From: a virus | Lineage: Duplodnaviria > Heunggongvirae > Uroviricota > Caudoviricetes | Strand: one strand, 5' to 3' | Length of the DNA: 64,000 bases | IMG/VR virus record: IMGVR_UViG_3300048503_000086 | In this document: piece by piece, positions 1 through 8,767 of the stretch | Layout: each line of letters starts with the position of its first letter | How positions within the stretch are numbered: the stretch's first letter is position 1 | The notes under the pieces: model-generated | Told to the model about the DNA's origin: nothing | Databases searched by the model: none | The model's input: only the letters and a program-made list of their open reading frames with translations | Made by a program: the position numbers and the translations under genes

Positions 1-663
1 GTCGCCCAGGACGACCTCCGTCGCCATGACGTGGGCCTTCTTTTCCGTGGTGATGGGCTTGCCGTCCGGGCCGGGCTGCGGAGTGCTCTCGGAAACATCC
101 TTCAATTCGACTTCGGTACGCCGCATCTCGAAGAGGCCCTTGGCAAGCTGCTCCTCGACGACCTGATTGAACTCGGCCTTGCGGCTGGCCTGGTTCTCGC
201 TGGCGGACATCATCGGCCCCGTGCTCTTGATGCAGTTCGTAAGGTGCGAGCGCACGGCGTCCAGGACGTTGGCCGGGTTGGCATTGAAGTCCTGGTGCAT
301 GAGCATACGGTGCTCGTTGTCGGTCGGCAGTTGGATCTTGACGAAGCTACTGATGTGGGCCGTGCCGCCGTCGTTGAAGGTGACCCGGATCGAGTCGTCC
401 TGCGGGCCGCCCTCTTTCGTGCTCGCTGAGTAGTAGGCTTGCATGGCACGCGGGTAGGTCCAGATCGTGGCGAACCCCTTGAAGTAGTAGCCCGAGGAGT
501 CGATGATGGAGACCTTGCCGGTGATCGACTGGCAGACCTGCCAGTTCTGGGAGTCGTTGTGGCCGATCATGCCGGACCAGAGGATGCCGGTGACGATCAG
601 GACGACCATCACGGCGAGAAGGGCACAGGTGATTTTCACCTTTGCGGGAAGAGACAAGGACAT
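1..663 (-). CDS. Membrane-anchored protein, possibly SPFH/band-7-like. The 5' end is in the window; the gene runs off the window start.
   Basis: Hand-translated minus-strand frame from ATG at 663-661: MSLSLPAKVKITCALLAVMVVLIVTGILWSG... (N-terminal TM helix), then a globular region ending ...KGLFEMRRTEVELKDV. No stop before position 1. Not in the ORF track because it is truncated. Confidence 0.5.
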   Translation of the reverse strand, partial: MSLSLPAKVKITCALLAVMVVLIVTGILWSGMIGHNDSQNWQVCQSITGKVSIIDSSGYYFKGFATIWTYPRAMQAYYSASTKEGGPQDDSIRVTFNDGGTAHISSFVKIQLPTDNEHRMLMHQDFNANPANVLDAVRSHLTNCIKSTGPMMSASENQASRKAEFNQVVEEQLAKGLFEMRRTEVELKDVSESTPQPGPDGKPITTEKKAHVMATEVVLGD

Positions 664-719
664 TGGTGTAGCTCCAAAAGGAAACTTGGAATAGGTGCGT
701 CAAGCACCAGGCTCACATA

Positions 720-750
720 AAGAGTTGCGAAAACTCTCAAACTGGTTTTA
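720..750 (-). promoter_or_regulatory. Copy 1 of the conserved motif AAGAGTTGC-N13-CTGGTT (candidate phage promoter)
   Basis: Sequence aAAGAGTTGCgaaaactctcaaaCTGGTTtta. Intergenic, about 55 nt upstream of the ATG at 663. Confidence 0.5.
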
Positions 751-797
751 GCGTTCCTCGCTTTTCTTACGGGCGACGCGCCGCTTGCGCGGCTTGG

Positions 798-1052
798 TTA
801 TTTCCGACCGGAGGGTTTGTGCGGTCTGGGGATCTCCGCCGCTTGCAGATCGGCGGCGTTGGCAGCCTGCCGGGCGTCGATTTGGTCGGCGCGAAGACGA
901 GCGACGACCTCCTGGCCGCTGGCCGGCGGCGGTTCGATGACTTCGCTCACGAATCGGGTGAACCACCGGCTGCGTATCAGCAGCTTGTAGACGAGAAGCC
1001 CCAAGAAGACTATGACAAACGTTGCCAGAACTTCGATGGTTGCCATCAGCAT
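798..1052 (-). CDS. Small membrane protein (1 TM helix)
   Basis: 84 aa: MLMATIEVLATFVIVFLGLLVYKLL... AGGAG ribosome-binding site 5 nt upstream of the ATG. Confidence 0.5.
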   Translation of the reverse strand: MLMATIEVLATFVIVFLGLLVYKLLIRSRWFTRFVSEVIEPPPASGQEVVARLRADQIDARQAANAADLQAAEIPRPHKPSGRK

Positions 1053-1062
1053 GACTCCTGGT

Positions 1063-1599
1063 TCAGATTCTCGGGTTCACGTCCAGCACCTTCCCGAAAC
1101 GAGTGAAAGATGCCCTGAAGGAGGGCGCTCTTCGTCCCCAGTACACGAAGCAACAGGACATGGGTGCTCCCTTCTCGACCACCTTGCCAGCCAGCAGGAA
1201 CTTCAGCCGGGGCACCCGCAAGAAGCAAATACTCCTTGCTCTTAGGAACACGTTGTCCTGCCAATGGCGCGTGTTGGTTGCCACGGGGATGAGGGCGATG
1301 ATTTCCGACTCATGTTGCTCGTGGGCATTGCTGCACCTCAGCAGCCATTCTTTGATGCTGGTCCCGTTCGTATTCCTGCCGTAGGGCGGGTTGACGTAGA
1401 TCGTGGGGAAATCCCAGGTCTCTCGCAACCCGTTGTGTTTCGGCAGCTTGTACTCCACTTTCGCTCCGACGAGAGCGTAGTCATTGGAGCACGGGTCAAG
1501 AGCAATCCAGCCACCGAAGAAATCCCGGATGACCTGGACATACTCCGCGGGCGTATTCCAATCCTTTGTTAGTGAGGTGACGTGTCTTCCGGCGGTCAT
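1063..1599 (-). CDS. Phage-type N6-adenine DNA methyltransferase
   Basis: IYVNPPYG (NPPY catalytic motif IV); about 178 aa, a typical size for phage Dam-like methyltransferases. Confidence 0.8.
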   Translation of the reverse strand: MTAGRHVTSLTKDWNTPAEYVQVIRDFFGGWIALDPCSNDYALVGAKVEYKLPKHNGLRETWDFPTIYVNPPYGRNTNGTSIKEWLLRCSNAHEQHESEIIALIPVATNTRHWQDNVFLRARSICFLRVPRLKFLLAGKVVEKGAPMSCCFVYWGRRAPSFRASFTRFGKVLDVNPRI

Positions 1600-1639
1600 G
1601 CGGTGTTGCCGCCGATCTTATGAATTGCTTTCATTGCCT

Positions 1640-2533
1640 TCACAGCGCCTTTCCCGCGCGGCGGACGCCGGTTCGGATAAGACGGACTACCATTTCCGCG
1701 TCCTCTACGGCGGTGTGGGCGACTTTGCCCTTGATCCCGGCCCGTTCCATACAGGTCTTCGAGTCGGGCAGCCTTTCGTCCGTGCCGGGCAGCCAGTAGA
1801 AAAGGGTCGGGTCGAGGACGCGGTGGTTCAGCTTGACCGTCTGCTTGAAACCGGGCAGTCTGTCGAGAAACTGCTTGTCGAAGCTGGCAAAGTTCTTGCC
1901 CGCAGGCGTCAAGCTAGTCTTGCCATCCCAGCCCTGCGCCCGCAGCCAGGAGCAAAAGCTCTCGGCAACCTCGCCCGGCGACAGGACGGAGTTGTCGCGT
2001 GGCCCGGACAAACGTTTCAAGATTTTCGCGTTGAGGGCCAGGGCATAGGGCTCGCCGGTGTAGACGGGATGGGCGATGTAGCGGTGGAAGATCGGCAGGG
2101 TATCAAGCATACCGCCATTGTCATAGATGGCCCCGATCTCAAGAATCTGGCAGGTCTCGGGGTCAAGGCCAGTCGTCTCCAGGTCGATCGAGACATAGGG
2201 CATCTTGATCTTGGAGGGCAGTTCCTTGAGGCCCTTGCCGGCGTGGCCGTTCCAATGGCACTGGCAACACTGGAAGATTGCTTCGCTTTCTTCCCGCTGT
2301 GTGAGCACGGCATGGCATACGGGACAGTACATGATGGCCTCGACGACGATGGTGTTATGAGCTGCGAGCACGTCGCGCACCCAGCCTTCGTTCTCGCTGT
2401 GAGTAGCCCCGCAGGCACACGGGCCCACCAGCATGTCGCACGGCGTACTGCCGTTGAAGCGTCTGAAGGTCCAGTCGGCGGGCCAAGGCACCATGCCGCT
2501 GCGCAGATACTTTCGCAGGACTCGTGGGTTCAC
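1640..2533 (-). CDS. DnaQ-like (DEDDh) 3'-5' exonuclease with N-terminal zinc ribbon
   Basis: Exo I motif YVSIDLETTGLDPE; Exo III motif HTAVEDAEMV. N-terminal CxxC...CxxC pairs. GTG start with GAGAGG ribosome-binding site. Confidence 0.8.
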   Translation of the reverse strand: MNPRVLRKYLRSGMVPWPADWTFRRFNGSTPCDMLVGPCACGATHSENEGWVRDVLAAHNTIVVEAIMYCPVCHAVLTQREESEAIFQCCQCHWNGHAGKGLKELPSKIKMPYVSIDLETTGLDPETCQILEIGAIYDNGGMLDTLPIFHRYIAHPVYTGEPYALALNAKILKRLSGPRDNSVLSPGEVAESFCSWLRAQGWDGKTSLTPAGKNFASFDKQFLDRLPGFKQTVKLNHRVLDPTLFYWLPGTDERLPDSKTCMERAGIKGKVAHTAVEDAEMVVRLIRTGVRRAGKAL

Positions 2534-2922
2534 TCTGGGCCTCTCAGAAGTGTCTTGACGGCTTTGTAGTCAGCGTCTACTGTGGCTTTGTGCCACTGTA
2601 CAAAGTTCATTTCGTCCGTGGCGTCGGCCGTTGTAACCGCTATCAACCGTTGCACAGTCTCCATGTCATGCCGAAGCTGCTCAGCGGATAGAATCGCGTT
2701 GATCTGGCCGGTGCCCGGGACAACTGCGGCTTCATATTCCACCAGGAAGGAGGCGGCTAGCTCGCGGTAGATGGCGACCAGGATCTTGAGCCTCTCGCTG
2801 AGTTGCTTTATGCGGACAATGTGCCTCTCACTCAGTCGCACGGTTGCCTGAAAGGTCTCCAGTGCCTTCGTCATTTCCGGTGTGGCAGGTGTCGCTTTAG
2901 GGTCGGAGTCCAGGTTGCTCAT
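2530..2922 (-). CDS. Hypothetical protein (130 aa)
   Basis: Internal ATG at 2922 with GAGGAG ribosome-binding site. The long ORF 2530-4278 upstream of this start is RG-rich off-frame translation. Confidence 0.5.
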   Translation of the reverse strand: MSNLDSDPKATPATPEMTKALETFQATVRLSERHIVRIKQLSERLKILVAIYRELAASFLVEYEAAVVPGTGQINAILSAEQLRHDMETVQRLIAVTTADATDEMNFVQWHKATVDADYKAVKTLLRGPE

Positions 2923-3266
2923 TCCGTTTTCTCCTCGGACTCGTCCAGAGGACCGACCTCGGGGTGCGCGACCCCGAAAATCCTCAGTAGGCTTTCCAGG
3001 CACGAGGCGACGGCCCCTCGAACCTCTTGCATCTCGTGTCGCTCGACGTTGCCGTGTTCGCAGGCCAATTCCACGAGGAGTTCCTTGCGGCAAATGTCCC
3101 GGTACAAGTCGAGTGCCTGCATGACGCTGGTGGCCAGTTCGCCGGTGTGCGGCGGCTTCGTCAGGGCCTCGCACTGGCCGCCCCACCAGCCGCACGCCAG
3201 ACACAAACGGTCTGGCTCGGGCGTCACCTGGAGCGGTTTGCCGCACTTGGGACAGAATTCGCTCAT
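2919..3266 (-). CDS. Zinc-ribbon protein
   Basis: MSEFCPKCGK...CLACGWWGG. Overlaps the downstream gene by 4 nt (ATGA). Confidence 0.5.
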   Translation of the reverse strand: MSEFCPKCGKPLQVTPEPDRLCLACGWWGGQCEALTKPPHTGELATSVMQALDLYRDICRKELLVELACEHGNVERHEMQEVRGAVASCLESLLRIFGVAHPEVGPLDESEEKTE

Positions 3267-3275
3267 GGCGATCTC

Positions 3276-3656
3276 CTACTGGACCGGCCCCATGCCGGGC
3301 CCGACGTTGCGGACCAGGTTCACGTCCTGGATGCCCTTGAAGGTCAGGTTGAACTCGCGGACCGCGCGCTTGAACTCGGGGTCCCCGAAGCGCTGGCGAA
3401 TCTGTGCCAGGGCCAGTTTCACCTTGTCCTTGGAGGCTTTGGCCGCCGCACTCCGGCCGCCCATCGTGCCAGCATCGGTCTTGATCTGCTCCCGCAGGGC
3501 GGCGAGCTGCGCCTTGCCGCGGTCCTTCTGGTTTCCGACCAGCTTGAGTTGGGCGCGGGCCTCGCGCTGACCGCCGCTGGAGGCCGCCGCCTTGAGGGGC
3601 ATTACCACGTCGAGTTTGCGGGCTCGGGCAGGGTTGCTCGCTTTCGCTTTGACCAT
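3276..3656 (-). CDS. Lys/Ala-rich basic protein (possible DNA-binding)
   Basis: 126 aa. AGGAGCC ribosome-binding site upstream of the ATG. Confidence 0.5.
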   Translation of the reverse strand: MVKAKASNPARARKLDVVMPLKAAASSGGQREARAQLKLVGNQKDRGKAQLAALREQIKTDAGTMGGRSAAAKASKDKVKLALAQIRQRFGDPEFKRAVREFNLTFKGIQDVNLVRNVGPGMGPVQ

Positions 3657-3707
3657 TTTCTGGCTCCTGGTTTAGTGGTTTGCTTGTTTCCGGGCGACGG
3701 CATGAAA

Positions 3708-4100
3708 TCACACGCCTAGCTCCCGGAGGGCTTGGACTTCCTCTGCCGTGAGCTTCTTGATCGCTTGCCGCCGGGCTTTGACGAGCCCTTCGTACTCTTT
3801 CGCTTCTTGGCGGAACCGGGCGATTGCCTCTTGGTAGGCTTTGCGGCAGGCTTCCTTCGTCCCTTGGCCGGAGCCTCCGCAGGCGGCGCAGGGTACGGTG
3901 CGTCGGTTTCGGTTGCCTTCGACCGGGTACGGCGGGTCTTGCGGGTCGTAGATCCATCCTCGGCCGGAACAAGCGAGGCAGGGCCACTTGTCGGCAGGGT
4001 GCAGTCCGAGCCAGTGCTGCTTGGTGGCAAACTCTTGCAGACTTCGGTAGGGTCGGACGGGCTTGACATGCTTCCATCCGGTGCTGAAGGTGCAGGGCAT
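3708..4100 (-). CDS. Cys-rich zinc-ribbon protein with helical C-terminus
   Basis: CLACSGRG...CAACGGSG. High third-position GC. GAGGAAG ribosome-binding site 7 nt upstream of the ATG. Confidence 0.5.
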   Translation of the reverse strand: MPCTFSTGWKHVKPVRPYRSLQEFATKQHWLGLHPADKWPCLACSGRGWIYDPQDPPYPVEGNRNRRTVPCAACGGSGQGTKEACRKAYQEAIARFRQEAKEYEGLVKARRQAIKKLTAEEVQALRELGV

Positions 4101-4528
4101 TCGTCTTCCTCTTCGTAGCGCGGCGTGACGTATCGTGTGAGAAGCTCAAAGGTCTTGCGGCTGAGCTTCTTGCGAGCCCACACGGGAATCCCCGTGGGCA
4201 GCTTGCCGAAGATTTCCACCAGGCCCCGCACGCCCGTCGCTTCGCAGGCTTTGGTCCAGAGCCGCTTGTGACGTTCACAGGATTCCCGGGCCTTCGCCAA
4301 GACCTTGAAGAGGCGATGGCCGGAGTCCGTGAAGTCCCACATCGGGAAGTTCTCGCCCTCCTTGCCGCCGAAGTTCGGGACGATGATGCGGACGGTCGCC
4401 TGGTAGCGGCCAGGCATCCGCACGCCGTCGTACTCTCTGCGCCAGACGATTCGGTATCCGTCTTCGGAGAGCCAGGTCCGCCGGACCTTTCCCTTCTGGC
4501 CGCGTTTCTTCTTACGCGTGAACTCCAT
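3716..4528 (-). CDS. Hypothetical protein. The globular N-terminal ~145 aa looks real; the C-terminal half overlaps 3708-4100 in another frame and looks off-frame.
   Basis: MEFTRKKKRGQKGKVRRTWLSEDGYRIVWRREYDG... with GGGGAG ribosome-binding site. The S/P/K/R-rich tail begins exactly where ORF 3708-4100 starts. Possibly one gene split by a frameshift. Confidence 0.35.
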   Translation of the reverse strand: MEFTRKKKRGQKGKVRRTWLSEDGYRIVWRREYDGVRMPGRYQATVRIIVPNFGGKEGENFPMWDFTDSGHRLFKVLAKARESCERHKRLWTKACEATGVRGLVEIFGKLPTGIPVWARKKLSRKTFELLTRYVTPRYEEEDECPAPSAPDGSMSSPSDPTEVCKSLPPSSTGSDCTLPTSGPASLVPAEDGSTTRKTRRTRSKATETDAPYPAPPAEAPAKGRRKPAAKPTKRQSPGSAKKRKSTKGSSKPGGKRSRSSRQRKSKPSGS

Positions 4529-4667
4529 TACTTGGGCTCCCCGTGAACGCAACCGAACTCGGGACCAGGGACCAGTCCCCAGCCCTCGTCGTCTTCAATG
4601 CACATGGTTCGCACCTTTCCTAGCGGGGCGGACGAGCGCCCCGCCAGGGTTTGCTGGAGGCCGGCGA

Positions 4668-4870
4668 TCAGTAGCCCCGGCCACGATTGGCACGAGGGTG
4701 CATCGGCGAGTAGTGAGAGTGAAATGCCGGCAGGCGCGTCAGCATCTTGTGCGGTTTCTTCTCGGTTCCGCACCTTTTGGGGCACCTCTGCGGTCCCGGC
4801 TCATGGATGCCGTGGAACACCTCGAACTCAGATCCACACGCAGGGCAACGGTAATCGTAGGTAGGCAAGG
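4668..4870 (-). CDS. FmdB-family zinc-ribbon protein
   Basis: (M)PTYDYRCPACGSEFEV...CPKCG. TTG start preceded by AGGAGG 7 nt upstream. Confidence 0.5.
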
Positions 4871-4878
4871 CACACCTC

Positions 4879-5091
4879 CTAGACGATGGACTCGGTGAGC
4901 GGTTGGACCACGACACAGTTCTTCAAGTTGCGGACGGTGATCCGCCGGCCCTCGGCGTTGAAGCCGGTGATGTGGTCGTCATCGACCTGGGTGACGTTCA
5001 GCTTGTTCAGCCACATCGAACTGCCGCGGCGCACGGGGTAACAGACCGTGTCGCCGGCCGCAATGGCGCGGCCTAAGAAGTCTCGGCTCAT
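4879..5091 (-). CDS. Hypothetical protein (70 aa)
   Basis: ORF in a compact, co-oriented gene array. Confidence 0.4.
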   Translation of the reverse strand: MSRDFLGRAIAAGDTVCYPVRRGSSMWLNKLNVTQVDDDHITGFNAEGRRITVRNLKNCVVVQPLTESIV

Positions 5092-5345
5092 GCGATTCCC
5101 TCGGGAACTAAGGACTCGAAACGGGTGATAGACGACGGTGCAGGGACCTCGAAGATGTGCGCGTAAGGGGCAGACAGAGCCACCATCGCCTCATCCAAGG
5201 CCGCCTTGTAGTTGGTGACATGCTTCAGGCGGGTCCGCATCTCCCTGCTCGGCCGCCTGCCATGCATAACCAGGGCAAAGAACTCCGGCCGATACTTCGG
5301 GCTCATCTCGTGACGCTCGCAGATCGCATTCAGGTCAAGACTCAT
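5088..5345 (-). CDS. Hypothetical protein (85 aa)
   Basis: ATGA overlap with the downstream gene. Confidence 0.45.
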   Translation of the reverse strand: MSLDLNAICERHEMSPKYRPEFFALVMHGRRPSREMRTRLKHVTNYKAALDEAMVALSAPYAHIFEVPAPSSITRFESLVPEGIA

Positions 5346-5402
5346 GGTTGCGCTCCCTTGGGGTTAAGTTGCGGGGCAGCCTAGTCCGCGCTCCGCCATA
5401 CC

Positions 5403-5433
5403 AAGAGTTGCGCAATCCTGAAAACTGGTTTTC
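5403..5433 (-). promoter_or_regulatory. Copy 2 of the conserved motif
   Basis: cAAGAGTTGCgcaatcctgaaaaCTGGTTttc. Between the stop at 5437 and the start at 5345. Confidence 0.5.
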
Positions 5434-5436
5434 CGA

Positions 5437-5700
5437 TCAGCGAATTTTGTTGCGTTCGCCGATTACGGCGGCCAGCGAGCGGCAGAGAAGGTCCCAGGCG
5501 AGCAGTCGCTTCCGCGGGAAGCCGAGGATCGTGCCGTGCCGCCAGGGACGGCCTGCTTTGTCCCGCAGGTCCACGAAGTAGTTGCCTACGGCCGGTCCGC
5601 CTGTGCCGAGGTTGGTGATCGTGCCCGTTGCAAGGGTCGTCTTGCGGGCCTCACAGCCGCCGGGCCATAGTTCGATCGTTATCTTCAGCATTACCGGCAC
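5437..5700 (-). CDS. Hypothetical protein (87 aa)
   Basis: ORF track; plausible globular sequence. Confidence 0.45.
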   Translation of the reverse strand: MPVMLKITIELWPGGCEARKTTLATGTITNLGTGGPAVGNYFVDLRDKAGRPWRHGTILGFPRKRLLAWDLLCRSLAAVIGERNKIR

Positions 5701-5709
5701 CCCCGCGGA

Positions 5710-6984
5710 TCATGGCCCCTCCCAGATGGCCCGATGGACGTAGCCGCTGCGGATCAGCCCGTGTTCCGCCGCGATCTTTTCGCAGTAGCCCCTGTCGATC
5801 TCGAAAAGGGAGCAGGGCAGGCCGAGACGTTTACACACTCTCAGCGTTGTCCCCGTACCGGCGAACGGATCGACCACGACGCCCCCGGGCGGCGTCGTCA
5901 GCTTCAGGCACCGTTCGACCAACCCCTCGTTCAGTTGGGTCGGGTGCCACGGGCGGCGCTGCTTGCTGTTGCCCGTCACCCGGGTGAAATTGAAGACATC
6001 GCTTAGCGACAAGTCACCAGTGACGTGCTGCCATGTCTTCCCGTCCTTGATGCTGCGAATGTTGGCCTCCGTGACGCCGTATTGTTTGGCAAGATCGACC
6101 AGGCGGTCGGCTGATTGGTAGATATGGATTACATTTTCGGTTGTCAGTTTCGTCAGTCCATTGGCTTCGCCGGTTGGATGCTGTCCTCGTCGCTTGATTT
6201 CCTTGTCACGGTTGTTGTCTCCATCTGATCCAATGAATAGATGGTTGGGATTACAGCAGCCAGGGTTGTCACAGGTGTGCAATATAAGCTGGCCGATGGG
6301 GTCAACTCCGTGTGTCAGTCGCCACATCAGACGTGTGGCGACGTATAGCTGTTCACCGATGCGAAAGCGGCCGTAACCCGCACGCTTACCGGCAGTCCAC
6401 TCCCAGCAGTTTTCCTCATTGCATCGGTCTATTTTCGCCAGGAACCGTTCAACATCCTGCGCGGTCCAATTCGGCAGCGGCAGTGTATCACGCTCACCGT
6501 AAGCAAAGTGAGCCACATCGCCTGGCACCCGCCCGCGGGGATCAGCACGCTTGTCGCCGTTCTCCTGCCGCCAACTTGGCACGCGGATGGCGTCCGGGTA
6601 GAGCGGGGCGTCGGACCAGCGAAGTCGCAAGAGCGGCCGATGGTTGTTGCCCAGGTCGTGGTGGCTATGCTGACCGAAAGTGAACGTCTGGACGCAGGGC
6701 TTGGCCTCGATCGCGCTGCCGTGCTGGCCCTCGATCTCGGTCACGATGCGGCCTACTTGGAAGGTCCATTTCGCGTTGTAGGAGAGCCATACCGTCTTTG
6801 CCCTCGTGATGAAGCAGTTGAGCCAGCCGCGGAGCAAGTCGATGTAATCGCTCTCGGTGCGACGATCCCTGTAGGTGTCGTAGCCCAGGCCGATGTTGTC
6901 CGGCGGATCGGCGAACAAGGTGTCCACCCGATCTGCCCCGGGCATCCACTCCATGCAGTCAGCATTGACAAGCGAGTATTTCAT
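5710..6984 (-). CDS. Beta-class DNA methyltransferase (N4/N6 family) with an inserted HNH endonuclease domain
   Basis: FADPPDNIG (motif IV) at the N-terminus and VVDPFAGTGTT (motif I) at the C-terminus. Between them: CWEWTAGKRAGYGRF...HTCDNPGCCNPNHLFIGSDGDN (HNH). The true start is the internal ATG at 6984 (MKYSLVNADCMEWM), which overlaps the upstream stop (ATGA). Confidence 0.8.
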   Translation of the reverse strand: MKYSLVNADCMEWMPGADRVDTLFADPPDNIGLGYDTYRDRRTESDYIDLLRGWLNCFITRAKTVWLSYNAKWTFQVGRIVTEIEGQHGSAIEAKPCVQTFTFGQHSHHDLGNNHRPLLRLRWSDAPLYPDAIRVPSWRQENGDKRADPRGRVPGDVAHFAYGERDTLPLPNWTAQDVERFLAKIDRCNEENCWEWTAGKRAGYGRFRIGEQLYVATRLMWRLTHGVDPIGQLILHTCDNPGCCNPNHLFIGSDGDNNRDKEIKRRGQHPTGEANGLTKLTTENVIHIYQSADRLVDLAKQYGVTEANIRSIKDGKTWQHVTGDLSLSDVFNFTRVTGNSKQRRPWHPTQLNEGLVERCLKLTTPPGGVVVDPFAGTGTTLRVCKRLGLPCSLFEIDRGYCEKIAAEHGLIRSGYVHRAIWEGP

Positions 6985-7661
6985 GTTGGGTCCAGTGCGG
7001 TCTCCGGCAGGAAGTAGTGGGAGCCGATGCCCTTGACGTTGAAGATCAGGATCTCTGCGTGAAACTCCACACCGGGGAACGTGTCCAGCGGGAGCGACAC
7101 GATGCTGGTCAGCTTGGCACCGCAATCCCGCAGCCATCGCCAGCGGGTGCTCTTGCGCCGTTGATTGAGGCGCATCCCCATCGGTGCGAACATGACCGTT
7201 GGCGTCCCGTACCCGAACAGCGTGAACGTGTGCTCCAGGAAGACCTCCGGGTACAGCCTCCGGCCGCTGGCCCCGTTGAAGGGCGGATTGCAGAGTACGA
7301 GATCCGGGCGCACCATGTCCGTTTGATCTTCATACCGGCCGTGACAGAACTCATTGCAGTAGGCGCTTCCTCGGTCGTCAATGTCGCAGCCGTAGATGTA
7401 GTGGCCGCCGTTGACCCAAGGGGCGGTCAATCGGCCGGTGCCAATGGCCGGGTCCAGGACAAGATGGAACGAATCCCGGCAGCGACCGCCCCCGGCACAC
7501 GGCCCGCGAGCGGCTCGCAAGGGCCGGGCATTGCACAGCGTTGTGTAAAGGAACTGTGCAACGCTGCTCGGCGTGTAGATGTCGCTCCGCTTCGGGTTGG
7601 CGGTGTAGTCGTTTCGTTTGACGGTCAGCGGGCTCACCATTACTTTGTCTCTTCGGACCAT
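6981..7661 (-). CDS. Gamma-class N6-adenine DNA methyltransferase
   Basis: LDPAIGTGRLT (motif I) precedes LVLCNPPFNGASG (motif IV). Start ATG at 7661, or at 7640 (TAATG coupling). Confidence 0.75.
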   Translation of the reverse strand: MVRRDKVMVSPLTVKRNDYTANPKRSDIYTPSSVAQFLYTTLCNARPLRAARGPCAGGGRCRDSFHLVLDPAIGTGRLTAPWVNGGHYIYGCDIDDRGSAYCNEFCHGRYEDQTDMVRPDLVLCNPPFNGASGRRLYPEVFLEHTFTLFGYGTPTVMFAPMGMRLNQRRKSTRWRWLRDCGAKLTSIVSLPLDTFPGVEFHAEILIFNVKGIGSHYFLPETALDPT

Positions 7662-7915
7662 GTTGTCTGTCGTTTGCAGTACCGAACGGTCAGATAGGTC
7701 CCCAGCCAGTTTCCGAGCCCGTAGGCGACAATGGCCGCGGCGCACCGTTCGACGACCAACAGGGTTGACACCAGGCCAAGCATGTAAATCAGCAAGGCGA
7801 GGTGCGCGGCCCGTGCAGCATGACGGTCGCGGACGGAGTTCACGCAGAGCGCCCAGAGAATGTCGAAAACGAAGCCACACAGGAACGCCACGGCGACGAG
7901 CGAATAGGCGCTCAT
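7640..7915 (-). CDS. Small membrane protein (about 3 TM helices)
   Basis: MSAYSLVAVAFLCGFVFDILWALCV... GGGAGGA ribosome-binding site. Confidence 0.5.
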   Translation of the reverse strand: MSAYSLVAVAFLCGFVFDILWALCVNSVRDRHAARAAHLALLIYMLGLVSTLLVVERCAAAIVAYGLGNWLGTYLTVRYCKRQTTWSEETK

Positions 7916-8073
7916 AATGATCCTCCCACCTCCCCGGCCATCGCGTGGCACTCGGGGCACTCCAGGTTGGACGACTCCTCAGTCGAAAACACGGCCACCC
8001 AGGTGTGGCTGCAAACCCGGCAGCAGGCGAAGCCGCTGGCCCATTGGGGCTCGTCGCTCAACTGCTCAACCAT
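7912..8073 (-). CDS. Small zinc-ribbon protein (about 53 aa)
   Basis: Hand translation: MVEQLSDEPQWASGFACCRVCSH...CPECHAMAGEVGGSL. GGAGGG ribosome-binding site. Its stop overlaps the next start (ATGA). Confidence 0.35.
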   Translation of the reverse strand: MVEQLSDEPQWASGFACCRVCSHTWVAVFSTEESSNLECPECHAMAGEVGGSL

Positions 8074-8113
8074 CGGACCCTCCAGCCCTCGTGCTTGCTT
8101 TCAGTCATGGCGG

Positions 8114-8767
8114 TCAGACCTTGAGGCGGACACTGTAGTCGCACGATACAACGTCGTCGCGCTTCATGGCGTATCCCATGCACTTGCCCGCCAAAGCGTT
8201 GCCGAAGCGGTCAAAGACGGCCAACGACTTCAGGTTGGCTTCCTTCACAGCCGTCAGGCGGCCAAAGTGCAGTGTGAGGGACGCCCCATCGGGCCGGATG
8301 TCGCGCGTGATTCGCTTGGGATTGCCAAGATCATAGGTATATTGCCCGGTCACCAGCCTGCCGCGCCAAGACTCGAAGCAGTCGATCGACGCCTCGAACA
8401 GTGACAAGACCTTCCTGGTGTGGTCAAGAATGCCGCGAGGCGCAGTCGCGGGGGCGCTCAGCTTAGAGGTGTCCGATGGGTCCACCTCCTTGAACTCGCT
8501 TCGCCGAGGAGCCAGGCAACTGATCTGCCAGACCTGGCCCGAGGGGCCAGCCTCGTCAGCTATGTCCGGGCCAACGATGTAGTTGACGGACGTAGGCAGA
8601 TTGGACAAGTTGGTTGCCTGCGGATCGGCAAACCCGCTCAAGGAGTCAAGCAGATCCTCGACTCTCTTCTGGCGGCGTGTCTTCCGGGAGGCGGCCAAAG
8701 CGGACTTCGACGTTGACGTTGCCGTCTTGCGCGTTGACTTGCGCACCGTTTTGCGCATCTTCTTCAT
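8114..8767 (-). CDS. Hypothetical protein with basic N-terminus
   Basis: 217 aa ORF. Confidence 0.5.
   Translation of the reverse strand: MKKMRKTVRKSTRKTATSTSKSALAASRKTRRQKRVEDLLDSLSGFADPQATNLSNLPTSVNYIVGPDIADEAGPSGQVWQISCLAPRRSEFKEVDPSDTSKLSAPATAPRGILDHTRKVLSLFEASIDCFESWRGRLVTGQYTYDLGNPKRITRDIRPDGASLTLHFGRLTAVKEANLKSLAVFDRFGNALAGKCMGYAMKRDDVVSCDYSVRLKV

Noticed and set aside
2530-4278. 582-aa ORF covering four smaller genes
   Set aside because: Only the C-terminal 130 aa (from the ATG at 2922 with a GAGGAG ribosome-binding site) looks protein-like. The rest is RG/PR-rich off-frame read-through overlapping real genes in other frames.
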